A DNA stretch of 64,000 bases, taken from NCBI GenBank assembly GCA_963662405.2, contig CAXXKT010000003.1:448001-512000 (forward strand), in the 5' to 3' direction. The first letter of the stretch is position 1. Every line of letters starts with the position of its first letter. Positions 43,279 to 50,893 of this stretch are shown here, one piece after another. The notes under the pieces are model-generated. The model saw only the letters and a program-made list of their open reading frames with translations. It was not told the DNA's origin and did no database searches. The stretch comes from Syntrophales bacterium (GTDB lineage: Bacteria; Desulfobacterota; Syntrophia; Syntrophales; UBA2210). The position numbers and the translations under genes were made by a program.

Positions 43279-44566
43279 GGTGAGTTTCCTTTTCCAGATT
43301 GCTCAAAAAGTGCTCGAGCAGCGATTCGCGTACGTGATCCATCACCACGATCTTCCACCAGCGCGGCCTGCCGTCGTGCGTGTCGGGGACGAGGAGGTAC
43401 TTCTCCGCGAGGGCCGGTGTGATATGGGTGCTGCGAATGGCGACCTGATTCATTGCCGGGTGGCGGTAATACTCGACAGCGAGGTCGCTGAGGCGCGTGC
43501 AGAGGCGGTCGGTCCGCTCGCGCAGGTGGCGGCACCGCGCGATGAGCCCCTCCGAGCCCGCGTCGCGGAGCAGCATCCAGACGGCAACGGCGTTGGCCCC
43601 CGATCGACTGCCGCAGATCGTATAGTCCTTGCCGAGCACGTAGCTCGCCTCGTCGGTGCAGACCTCGTCGATAAGACCCTTGCGGCAGAGAAAAATGCCC
43701 GTGCCGTACGGCGCCTTGAGCATCTTATGGGCGTCCATGGTGATGGACGCGACGTGGGGACTGCGGAAATCGAGGGAATGGTCGTCGACCGCAAAGGGAT
43801 AGATGAATCCTCCGTAGGCGCCGTCCACATGGAGACGGAAGGCGAGGGCTCTCTCCCGGAGGGCCGTGACGAGCGGCCCGGGGTCGTCGATGGAGCTGAA
43901 CATGGTTGTGCCCATGTTGACCACGCCGATGACACAGCGGACACCGGCGGTCACGGCGGCATCGAGCGTCGCGGCGATGGCGGCGGGGTGCATCTGCCTG
44001 GTGGTATCATCGACGGGGACGGGGCACGGACGCAGGTCGAGCAGGTTGGCGGCCTTCCACACCGAGTAATGCGTGTCGGCGGAGAAGACGATGCCGATCT
44101 CTCCGGCGCGGGCCTGGTGCGTGCGGCGGAAGAGACTGCGCAGGATCCAGCACGCCTCCAGATTGGATTCGGTGCCGCCCGGTGCGATGTAGCCGTCATA
44201 ACCGTCCCTGGGCGCGCGCATGATCTCTTCGGCGCAGAGGGCGATCGCCTCCCTTTCCAGTTCCTGCGTTCCCGGGAACCCGCATTCCGACACCTCGACA
44301 GTGTGGCAGCCGATGTGATTCGGGTTCTCGATAATGGCGCGTAGATACGGTTCGTCGTCGAGTACCGGCGAGGACCACGGGATGTGGGTGAGGACAGAGC
44401 AGCTGTCGGCGTAGTAATCCTCGGCATCGAGATGCGTGCCGGGGAAACCGAGCACGGCATCGGTATGGTAGTTGATGTTGCGGTCAATGGCCTGCGCGAA
44501 ACGCCGTTTGATCTCGTCACGTGAGTATTGTTCCCAGTGCATGATTTCCGCTCTTTCTTCGATCAA
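43265..44566 (-). CDS. Group II PLP-dependent decarboxylase (MfnA/HDC-like)
   Basis: GGTESN, HYSV.K, GTT...SIDD, LHVDGAYGG, DAHK (PLP lysine), GSRSG; start could be 44542. Confidence 0.88.
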   Translation of the reverse strand: MIEERAEIMHWEQYSRDEIKRRFAQAIDRNINYHTDAVLGFPGTHLDAEDYYADSCSVLTHIPWSSPVLDDEPYLRAIIENPNHIGCHTVEVSECGFPGTQELEREAIALCAEEIMRAPRDGYDGYIAPGGTESNLEACWILRSLFRRTHQARAGEIGIVFSADTHYSVWKAANLLDLRPCPVPVDDTTRQMHPAAIAATLDAAVTAGVRCVIGVVNMGTTMFSSIDDPGPLVTALRERALAFRLHVDGAYGGFIYPFAVDDHSLDFRSPHVASITMDAHKMLKAPYGTGIFLCRKGLIDEVCTDEASYVLGKDYTICGSRSGANAVAVWMLLRDAGSEGLIARCRHLRERTDRLCTRLSDLAVEYYRHPAMNQVAIRSTHITPALAEKYLLVPDTHDGRPRWWKIVVMDHVRESLLEHFLSNLEKETHHAKT

Positions 44567-44609
44567 TTCCTAAGAAACGCACTTCCCGCCTTTATCGGTG
44601 ACGAACCCT

Positions 44610-44636
44610 TAATCGGCACATCTTTGAGGTTCTTTA
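44610..44636 (-). promoter_or_regulatory. Putative sigma28 (FliA) promoter
   Basis: Minus strand TAAAGAAC-N11-GCCGATTA directly upstream of the decarboxylase. Confidence 0.6.
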
Positions 44637-44657
44637 TGGTTTTTACCGGCGGGCGTG

Positions 44658-45083
44658 TTATACGCCGTACTTCATGAGAATCTCAATATGACCCGTGTGC
44701 TTGTCAATCTGTTCTTGTATGATTCTGAATCCGCGCTTTCTGTAAAAATCAATACTCTTCGGATTTTCTTTATATACCGTGAGTTCCAGACTGTTTCTCA
44801 AGGATTTTGCCTTATCCATTAATCTACGGCCGATACCTCTGCCGTGAAACTCCGGGGAGACGAACATCGCCGCCAGCGTGTCATTGTGGAGAGAGAAAAA
44901 GCCCTTGATAATTTCGTTTTCTTCAAACACATATGTGTTGGAAGCGGGAATATAGGTATCCCGCATTACATCCATTCTGGATTCCCAGAATTCCGGAGAA
45001 ACAAAGCTATGCGCGTCTATCGATGCTTTCACCCAGATATCCAGGACATCATTGATTTCTTCCGTTTTCAATTTTCGTATCAT
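44658..45083 (-). CDS. GNAT N-acetyltransferase (YiaC/YjaB-like)
   Basis: AHSFV..FW, MFVSPEFHGRGIG, LTVYKEN..SIDFY; AT-rich. Confidence 0.85.
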   Translation of the reverse strand: MIRKLKTEEINDVLDIWVKASIDAHSFVSPEFWESRMDVMRDTYIPASNTYVFEENEIIKGFFSLHNDTLAAMFVSPEFHGRGIGRRLMDKAKSLRNSLELTVYKENPKSIDFYRKRGFRIIQEQIDKHTGHIEILMKYGV

Positions 45084-45132
45084 ATTGATCACTACCGGCT
45101 CATGCCACGATATGCTTCGTAGATTTCAGTTA

Positions 45133-45645
45133 TTACGTGCTTTTGTCGATAAACAGTCTCATCATCTCCGGCGTGGAACGAAACCCGATCTTCTCGTAGA
45201 TCGGTTTACCCGCCGCGCTCGCGGTGAGAATCATCCTGTTGACACCGTGGACACGGCAGTGCTGTATCGCGGCATCGATGATGCGCTGCGCGCATTTCCT
45301 GTTGCGATGCGTCTTCTCCGTGTACATGCCGTGCAGGTACGCGACTTTTGGTGACAGATCGGAAAGATTCGGAACGAAACTGACAAAGGTCACCCCTCCG
45401 CTCGCGACGATCTTCCCGTCATCCTCGATCACCCAGGCCGTGCAGATTCCGCTCCTTAATTCCGTTTCGAGCTTCTGGGTATAGGCCTTCTCGATATCAC
45501 CCGCTAGTTGGGGGTCAAGGTGCTCACCCTTCTGCTCACATATTTCTTCGAACATCAATCTGTAATGTTCGGCCATAGCAGGGATGTCTTCAATCGATGC
45601 CTCACGAAGAGGCATTTTAGATTTTTTCAATCTATCAGTTGCCAT
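45133..45645 (-). CDS. GNAT N-acetyltransferase
   Basis: MYTEKTHRNRKCA, LTASAAGKPIYEKIGF. Confidence 0.85.
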   Translation of the reverse strand: MATDRLKKSKMPLREASIEDIPAMAEHYRLMFEEICEQKGEHLDPQLAGDIEKAYTQKLETELRSGICTAWVIEDDGKIVASGGVTFVSFVPNLSDLSPKVAYLHGMYTEKTHRNRKCAQRIIDAAIQHCRVHGVNRMILTASAAGKPIYEKIGFRSTPEMMRLFIDKST

Positions 45646-45705
45646 GAGTAGTCCTTATTACAGTCAGCGCTGCATTCAGCTTCTTGTCAGCGAGAGAGAA
45701 TAGGG

Positions 45706-45728
45706 CAAGAAATAGGTATGCTGTCCCC
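45706..45728. repeat. Island direct repeat, copy B
   Basis: CAAGAAATAGGTATGCTGTCCCC. Confidence 0.75.
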
Positions 45729-45743
45729 GAATTTAAGTCGTTT

Positions 45744-46073
45744 TTACTGATTGAGCTTCAAACCGGCAAGCCGATTCAGACTGATTCCCGACTCGGCGGC
45801 CTGGATCGCAAGGCTTCGATGAACATCCGGGGGGACCCGGACCATAAACTTCCCGCTGTATTTCCTGCAGGCAATCGGTTCCGGGATATCTTCACCGTGC
45901 TCGCGCATATCCTGTACGGTATCCGTAACCACCTTCCGGATTCCCCGCAGGGCGGCCTCCGGAGTCCGGGCCAGCCAGCTCAAACTCGGGAATTCGGTAC
46001 ACAGCCCCACATACTCGTTGTCCTCTTCAGACCATGTTACCCGGTAGGTGTATTTATCGTTTTTCAAGGTCAT
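45744..46073 (-). CDS. hicB: HicB family antitoxin
   Basis: YTYRVTWSEED.EYVGLC.EFPSLSW; YSGKFMVRVPP..HR.LAIQAAE.GISLN. Confidence 0.9.
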   Translation of the reverse strand: MTLKNDKYTYRVTWSEEDNEYVGLCTEFPSLSWLARTPEAALRGIRKVVTDTVQDMREHGEDIPEPIACRKYSGKFMVRVPPDVHRSLAIQAAESGISLNRLAGLKLNQ

Positions 46074-46317
46074 GATATACCTCCAGTCTCTCAACGGCCA
46101 GCAGCACCTGTTTCACCTGGTATGCCTTGGCCTTCCCCTTATAATTCTGGATATTGATCCTCGGGTCCCCGTGCCACGGGGTTTTATATATCCGGTGGCT
46201 TCCACTGCTTTGGCGAGGTTTACCGAAGAAATGATCACAGACCCTGCATAAATCAGCAAATCGGACATTTCCTGGATTCCTCCCCATTTGTGCAAGGATG
46301 TCATCCGTCTTTATCAT
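46054..46317 (-). CDS. hicA: HicA-like toxin
   Basis: NVRF.DL..VC..FFG.PRQSSGSHRIYKTPW..GKAKAYQVKQ; overlaps hicB. Confidence 0.85.
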   Translation of the reverse strand: MIKTDDILAQMGRNPGNVRFADLCRVCDHFFGKPRQSSGSHRIYKTPWHGDPRINIQNYKGKAKAYQVKQVLLAVERLEVYHDLEKR

Positions 46318-46319
46318 GG

Positions 46320-46351
46320 GACATTGGTATCACTATTGATACCAATGTCAA
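46320..46351 (-). promoter_or_regulatory. hicAB promoter with perfect 13-bp inverted-repeat operator
   Basis: GACATTGGTATCA-ctat-TGATACCAATGTC overlapping a minus-strand TTGACA and ending 2 nt before the ATG. Confidence 0.8.
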
Positions 46352-46401
46352 GGGTTATTTGTTGAGGAGGGATTTGGGGGGAGATGGGGGAAAATAGTCA
46401 T

Positions 46402-46425
46402 TCAGGAAATAGGTATGGTGTCCCC
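46402..46425. repeat. Island direct repeat, copy C
   Basis: TCAGGAAATAGGTATGGTGTCCCC. Confidence 0.75.
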
Positions 46426-46463
46426 AAATGAGACCAGCTACCGAACGATATATTTCTGCCGGG

Positions 46464-46523
46464 CACTAACGGATTTTTCACAAGCGCCGGTAGTTTGGCG
46501 CCTCGTGCAAAAATGGGCTATAC
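46464..46523 (-). mobile_element. Integron attC-like recombination site (60 bp)
   Basis: GTATAGC-N5-TTTGCACG-stem/loop-TGTGAAA-N5-GTTAGTG; unpaired G at position 4 of L''; gene stop codon inside R''. Confidence 0.7.
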
Positions 46524-47003
46524 GTTCCTTTTCATCAACCCATACGGAAAGATACAAGGCGTTTTAGCTTTGTATTGAAAGTATTCGGAACCAAATACTG
46601 ATTCCAAATATATTTCTTCTTTTTTTACCAATTTACATAATACGAGGTACATGAATATCGGTGTTGTAAACACAATCCAACTGTTTATGAAAAGAACGAT
46701 GCCAGGGACAATAAAAACCACCCATGATGCATAGAGCGGATGGCGGCAACATCTGAAAATTCCATCAGTGACAAGATTATCGGCATTGTATGCACGTGTC
46801 ACTGTTTTTACCGAAATTATAAAGAAGGGGACTCCAACGACGAGCAAAGTAACCCCCAGAAAGGACTTAACCCAGGAGGGGATGGAGTCTATCTGAAGAA
46901 CCGGCTGAAAATAGCGGTTTGTTATCAGCATAATCGCTCCGTAGCCGATTGATAAGGAGGCAAAAATGGGCCCTATGCCCCACCTGCTCATTTTTTCTTT
47001 CAT
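46518..47003 (-). CDS. Isoprenylcysteine carboxylmethyltransferase/PEMT family membrane protein
   Basis: LVTDGIFRCCRHPLYA, EEIYLESVFGSEYFQYK; visibly AT-rich. Confidence 0.88.
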   Translation of the reverse strand: MKEKMSRWGIGPIFASLSIGYGAIMLITNRYFQPVLQIDSIPSWVKSFLGVTLLVVGVPFFIISVKTVTRAYNADNLVTDGIFRCCRHPLYASWVVFIVPGIVLFINSWIVFTTPIFMYLVLCKLVKKEEIYLESVFGSEYFQYKAKTPCIFPYGLMKRNV

Positions 47004-47207
47004 GGATATTCTCTGATTTTCGTATGACATGAAATAGACAGTTTCCTGCATAGAAACAAAACACAGTTACTCGGACAGCGTAAGTCGTCCTCTATCAATC
47101 TTATGGCTCTCGAATGGCGGTGCTGTTGTCTCAACAGAAATATCCCCCGGAAAGCAGTAAAAACCATACACCCTGAAAATTCTTTGTCAAGGGTTTTATA
47201 TGATTAA

Positions 47208-47235
47208 AGAAACACCCCGGTAACAGGGTGTTTCT
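47208..47235 (-). terminator. Rho-independent terminator after the ECF ATPase gene
   Basis: AGAAACACCC..GGGTGTTTCT stem followed by a T-rich run. Confidence 0.65.
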
Positions 47236-47241
47236 GTTTTC

Positions 47242-47982
47242 TTACGAGAATTCTTCTTCGTGGCGGTGGGAGTATTCGCCGCCCACGTGAACGTGTGTGT
47301 GGGTGTGGGGGACGATGTGGTCGGCCTTCCGCAGGCGCCCGTCCGCGAAGGCGTAGAAGGTGTCCGCGATCCGTGACATGAAGTCCAGTTCGTGCGAGGT
47401 GACGACGAGGGTCAGGTCGAGCCCTGACAGGATCTCCGTGAGACGGTCCTTCGTTTCCTGATCGAGCCCCGCCGTGGGTTCGTCGAGGATCAGGACCTCC
47501 GGGTCCATGGCCATGACGCTCGCCAGGGCCACCAGCTTTTTCTCGCCGTGGGACAGCTTGTGGCTGATTCGGTCCTCGAAGTCGAGAATCCCCAGGGTGT
47601 CGAGGGTCCGGTGGACGATCTCCCCGGCCTCGTCCGCCGTCCTGCCCAGGTTGAGGGGTCCGAAGGCCACGTCCTCCCTGACGGTGGGGCAGAAGAGCTG
47701 GTCCTCGGCGTTCTGGAAGAGGAACCCGATCCGCCGGCGGACGTCGAAAAAGTCTTCTTCCGTTCGGACCGTGTGGCCGAAGATGGTGATGCCGCCGGAC
47801 TGCGGCCGGGCGAGTCCCATAATCAGGTGGAAGAGGGTGGTCTTCCCCGAGCCGTTGGGGCCGATGATACCGATCCGCTCACCCCGTTTCACCGCGAGGT
47901 CCACCCCGTTCAGGACGGCGGGCCTTCCCGGATAGGCGTAGGTGGCACCGGTTATATCGATGATTGTTTCATCCGTCGGCAT
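47242..47982 (-). CDS. cbiO: ECF transporter ATPase (NikO/CbiO)
   Basis: GPNGSGKTT, DVAFGPLN, LSHGEKK, ILDEPT; His-rich tail. Confidence 0.9.
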   Translation of the reverse strand: MPTDETIIDITGATYAYPGRPAVLNGVDLAVKRGERIGIIGPNGSGKTTLFHLIMGLARPQSGGITIFGHTVRTEEDFFDVRRRIGFLFQNAEDQLFCPTVREDVAFGPLNLGRTADEAGEIVHRTLDTLGILDFEDRISHKLSHGEKKLVALASVMAMDPEVLILDEPTAGLDQETKDRLTEILSGLDLTLVVTSHELDFMSRIADTFYAFADGRLRKADHIVPHTHTHVHVGGEYSHRHEEEFS

Positions 47983-48715
47983 ATACGATCCCCGTGAGGA
48001 CCAGACATAGCACAATCAGTGAGAGAATATCCAGCCGGGAAAGACGGTCCTTCTCGATACGGGGGAACCGGCCGTTGAACCCCCGGCAGAGCATGGCCGA
48101 CCTGACCCGCTCGGCCCGCTCGAAGCTGTTCACCAGGAGCATCCCCACCAGGTAGGCGTAGCTCCGGTAGGTGTGGAGGGTCGAGGCGGGCCTGAAGCAG
48201 CGCACCCTCATGGCGTTTACCAGCCGGGTGTATTCGCCGGAGATGTCACCGATGTAGCGGTAGGTGAGGAAGAAGAGATAGGTGATCTCGTCGGGCACCT
48301 TGAGCGCGGTCATGGCATGGGTCATGGCGGTGATGCTGGTGGATGCCATGAAGGCGATAAGGGCGAGCATAATGGCGTTGGATCGAAGGGTCAGGGTCAC
48401 CATATAGGCGATGCCCTCCCTCGTCACGATGGCGGGTCCGATTGCCAGGACCTTCTCTCCGGGGATGCCCCAGGGGACAAGGAGCCACAGAAACACGAGA
48501 AAGAGATTGAAGAGGAGCATTCGCCGGAGAAGGTTCCGGGGGGGGATTCGCGAGATGATGACAAAGACAAGCGACAGGCCGAGCGCGTACAGAAGGGCGT
48601 TTGTATTCTCAAGGAGGGCGACCACCACGGAAAAGGCGAGGACGCCCAGGAGTCTGGTGCGCGGGTCCAATGCGTGGAGCGGCGATCTGTCCGCATAGGT
48701 CTGTTCGATGTCCAT
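47969..48715 (-). CDS. cbiQ: ECF transporter T component (NikQ/CbiQ)
   Basis: LHALDPR, TYRYI, AMRVRCF, AMLCRGF. Confidence 0.9.
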   Translation of the reverse strand: MDIEQTYADRSPLHALDPRTRLLGVLAFSVVVALLENTNALLYALGLSLVFVIISRIPPRNLLRRMLLFNLFLVFLWLLVPWGIPGEKVLAIGPAIVTREGIAYMVTLTLRSNAIMLALIAFMASTSITAMTHAMTALKVPDEITYLFFLTYRYIGDISGEYTRLVNAMRVRCFRPASTLHTYRSYAYLVGMLLVNSFERAERVRSAMLCRGFNGRFPRIEKDRLSRLDILSLIVLCLVLTGIVYADG

Positions 48716-48724
48716 CGGTTCTTC

Positions 48725-49315
48725 TTATTCTTTGCGGCGCGCCTTGAAGTACATGAGGAGGCCCATGATCCCCCCGATATACCCGATGCCGCCGATCACA
48801 TCGGTCAGCGAGATCCCTCTCTCATGCAACAACGCCACGTCGCGTGCCAGGGGGCCTATTTTTTTGTCCAGTTCTTCGGTGACGATGACCCTGATCCGGT
48901 CCTCATCGACGGCTACGTGGACCTTTTCGCCCTGTGGAACCACTCCGGCACTTTCTTTCTTCGCGGCATCGGTTTTGACGTTACCGTTTCCCTTGAGAGT
49001 GCATTCCGCGCGGTGCCCCATCGAGGCGGTCAGGACGATTCTGATCTCCGGGACGTTCGGTACGGGGAAGGAGAAAAGACCGTTGGCATCGGTCTTTCCC
49101 TCCAGCAGTTTCGTGCCGCCTTCCCCGAATACCTCCACCAGCGAATCCTGGGTCTTTTTCCCATCGGCGAAGTAGCCTTCGGCATACACCGTCCCACTCT
49201 CCTGATAGGCGAAGACCATGACCTTATGGGCCTGTGCGGGGGCGCTCAGGATGACCGTAACCAGGAAAAACAGGAAGAACCCCAGAAAGGGTTTTGAAAA
49301 GCGTTTCATCCTCAT
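48725..49315 (-). CDS. Ni/Co ECF auxiliary component (NikL-like)
   Basis: Signal peptide ending AQA-H, GKTDANG.FSF, MGH, C-terminal TM (GGIGYIGG). Confidence 0.7.
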   Translation of the reverse strand: MRMKRFSKPFLGFFLFFLVTVILSAPAQAHKVMVFAYQESGTVYAEGYFADGKKTQDSLVEVFGEGGTKLLEGKTDANGLFSFPVPNVPEIRIVLTASMGHRAECTLKGNGNVKTDAAKKESAGVVPQGEKVHVAVDEDRIRVIVTEELDKKIGPLARDVALLHERGISLTDVIGGIGYIGGIMGLLMYFKARRKE

Positions 49316-49917
49316 GTACCTACCTCAATGATTTCGGGTTTGACCTTTTTAAGAAATACCAGGGCGAAGGCGGTGACGATCCCTTCGATCACCATCACCG
49401 GGATATGGGCCAGCAGCACCACCTGGACAGTGACGAGGAACCCCTTCTGCGTAAGCAGGAGGGTGAGCGCCACGGCCGCGATGCTGAGTGTCAGCGAGAC
49501 AAAGCCGCAGGCGAACCCGGCGATGGCAATTTTTTTCACATCTCCACCCCGGATCATCCCCCTGAAGAGGTAGTAACAGATAACGGCGGGGAGGGCCATA
49601 TTGACGGTATTGACCCCCAGCGAGGTCAGTCCCCCGTACTGGAACAGGACTCCCTGCAGAAGGAGGGCGATCATGATGGCCGGAAAGGCCGCCCACCCGA
49701 GGAGGAGCCCCATGAGCCCGTTGAGGACGAGGTGGACGCTGCTGGGGCCGATGGGGACATGGATGAGAGACGCCACAAAGAAGGCTGACGAGAGCACCCC
49801 CACCTTGGGGATACTCTCCGTGTCTATCTTCTTCATGCCGTACGCCACGCCAGCCGCCGCGATTACTATACCGGCGGCGAGGACCGGGGGCGAGCAGATG
49901 CCTTCCGAGATGTGCAC
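49312..49917 (-). CDS. cbiM: Ni/Co ECF substrate component (NikM/CbiM)
   Basis: N-terminal MHISEG, SSVHL, GGLTSLGVN, HIPVMVIEG. Confidence 0.92.
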   Translation of the reverse strand: MHISEGICSPPVLAAGIVIAAAGVAYGMKKIDTESIPKVGVLSSAFFVASLIHVPIGPSSVHLVLNGLMGLLLGWAAFPAIMIALLLQGVLFQYGGLTSLGVNTVNMALPAVICYYLFRGMIRGGDVKKIAIAGFACGFVSLTLSIAAVALTLLLTQKGFLVTVQVVLLAHIPVMVIEGIVTAFALVFLKKVKPEIIEVGT

Positions 49918-49920
49918 CGG

Positions 49921-50676
49921 CTACTCCATCGTGTGGAACTTCACCCAGAGGACGGCGCCGAGCTCGATGTCCTTCCCCTTGATCTTCTCGCCGGAGGTGT
50001 TCAGGGCGGCAAAACCCCACCAGCCGGCCGTGGGGGCGGCATAGGTGAAGACGCCGTTGGCATCGGTCATGACGACCTGGGTGATGAACGCGTCATCGGG
50101 GGCCGTAAATCTTTTGTCCTGATTGTAGTATTCCACTTCCACTTCGCAGTTCGGGACGGGTTTTCCGTCGAGCAGCACCACACCCTGAAAGACATTTCCC
50201 GCATACAGCCCGAACGGCCTGGAGAGCGGAACGATCTCCGTCTTGAGACCCACAGGGGAATCCCATCCGTCTTCGAGACCGAAGGCGCTGAGGATCACCC
50301 GGGTATAGTGGACGATGTAGCAGTCTTCGGCCGGTTCCCAGTAGGGTTGCGGTTCCATGTGGAAACTGTATACCCCCGGTTTTTTGAAGGTATACGCCGC
50401 CTCCCATGCCTGGTGCCCGAGGGATTGGATCTCTTTGAGGCTCCCGGATAGATCGGTTTTTCCTTCACCGGTGATCACGCCGAACGTGGCCGGTTTGACG
50501 AGGGGCATCCCCTCCATCTCGAAGGGATGGGCGAACATCAGCCTGACGGTAATCTGCCGGGACTCACCCTGAGAAATGATATCGTCGGACGGGATGACCA
50601 TGCCGAAGTGGGCATATGCCGCCGGGACGGAGAACAGAAACAAAACCAATGCGGTAAGTAATATTTTCCTAATCAT
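49921..50676 (-). CDS. DUF4198 periplasmic component (NikK-like)
   Basis: Signal peptide ending [27 protein letters not shown]. Confidence 0.85.
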   Translation of the reverse strand: MIRKILLTALVLFLFSVPAAYAHFGMVIPSDDIISQGESRQITVRLMFAHPFEMEGMPLVKPATFGVITGEGKTDLSGSLKEIQSLGHQAWEAAYTFKKPGVYSFHMEPQPYWEPAEDCYIVHYTRVILSAFGLEDGWDSPVGLKTEIVPLSRPFGLYAGNVFQGVVLLDGKPVPNCEVEVEYYNQDKRFTAPDDAFITQVVMTDANGVFTYAAPTAGWWGFAALNTSGEKIKGKDIELGAVLWVKFHTME

Positions 50677-50741
50677 ACGGCACCTCCATGAAGTTTTGAG
50701 GTTCTCCCATACCATCTCACCCAGGGATCTGACAAGTGAAA

Positions 50742-50768
50742 ATATTACTAATACACATTTTGTAACAC
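50742..50768. promoter_or_regulatory. Putative NikR-type operator
   Basis: ATATTAC-N13-GTAACAC imperfect dyad ~65 bp upstream of the ECF operon. Confidence 0.5.
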
Positions 50769-50893
50769 GAAGGGGCCAAGCTTTTTCCTTTCGTGCCATG
50801 AAAAGGTCAAAACCAACCACCGGATTGGTGATGGAGGTTCGGGATCTTCAGTTTTTGTCGACAGGATCTGTGCGGTTGAGGGACCCCGGGCGA

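Noticed and set aside
43157..44344. Long antisense ORFs (also 3605-4342, 22586-23710, 48173-49297, 55082-56062 and others)
   Set aside because: Shadow frames of well-supported GC-rich genes with no recognisable motifs
44570..44665. Second attC after the YiaC-like GNAT (stop lies in GTATAAC, imperfect hairpin ending in GTT)
   Set aside because: L boxes and spacers do not fit attC geometry, the R' candidate is GTTTCTT, and the interior is better explained as a sigma28 promoter; at most an R'' remnant
47031..47150. Further degenerate copies of the island repeat (GAAATAGACAGTTTCC; GAAATATCCCCC)
   Set aside because: Too few matches to distinguish from chance by eye
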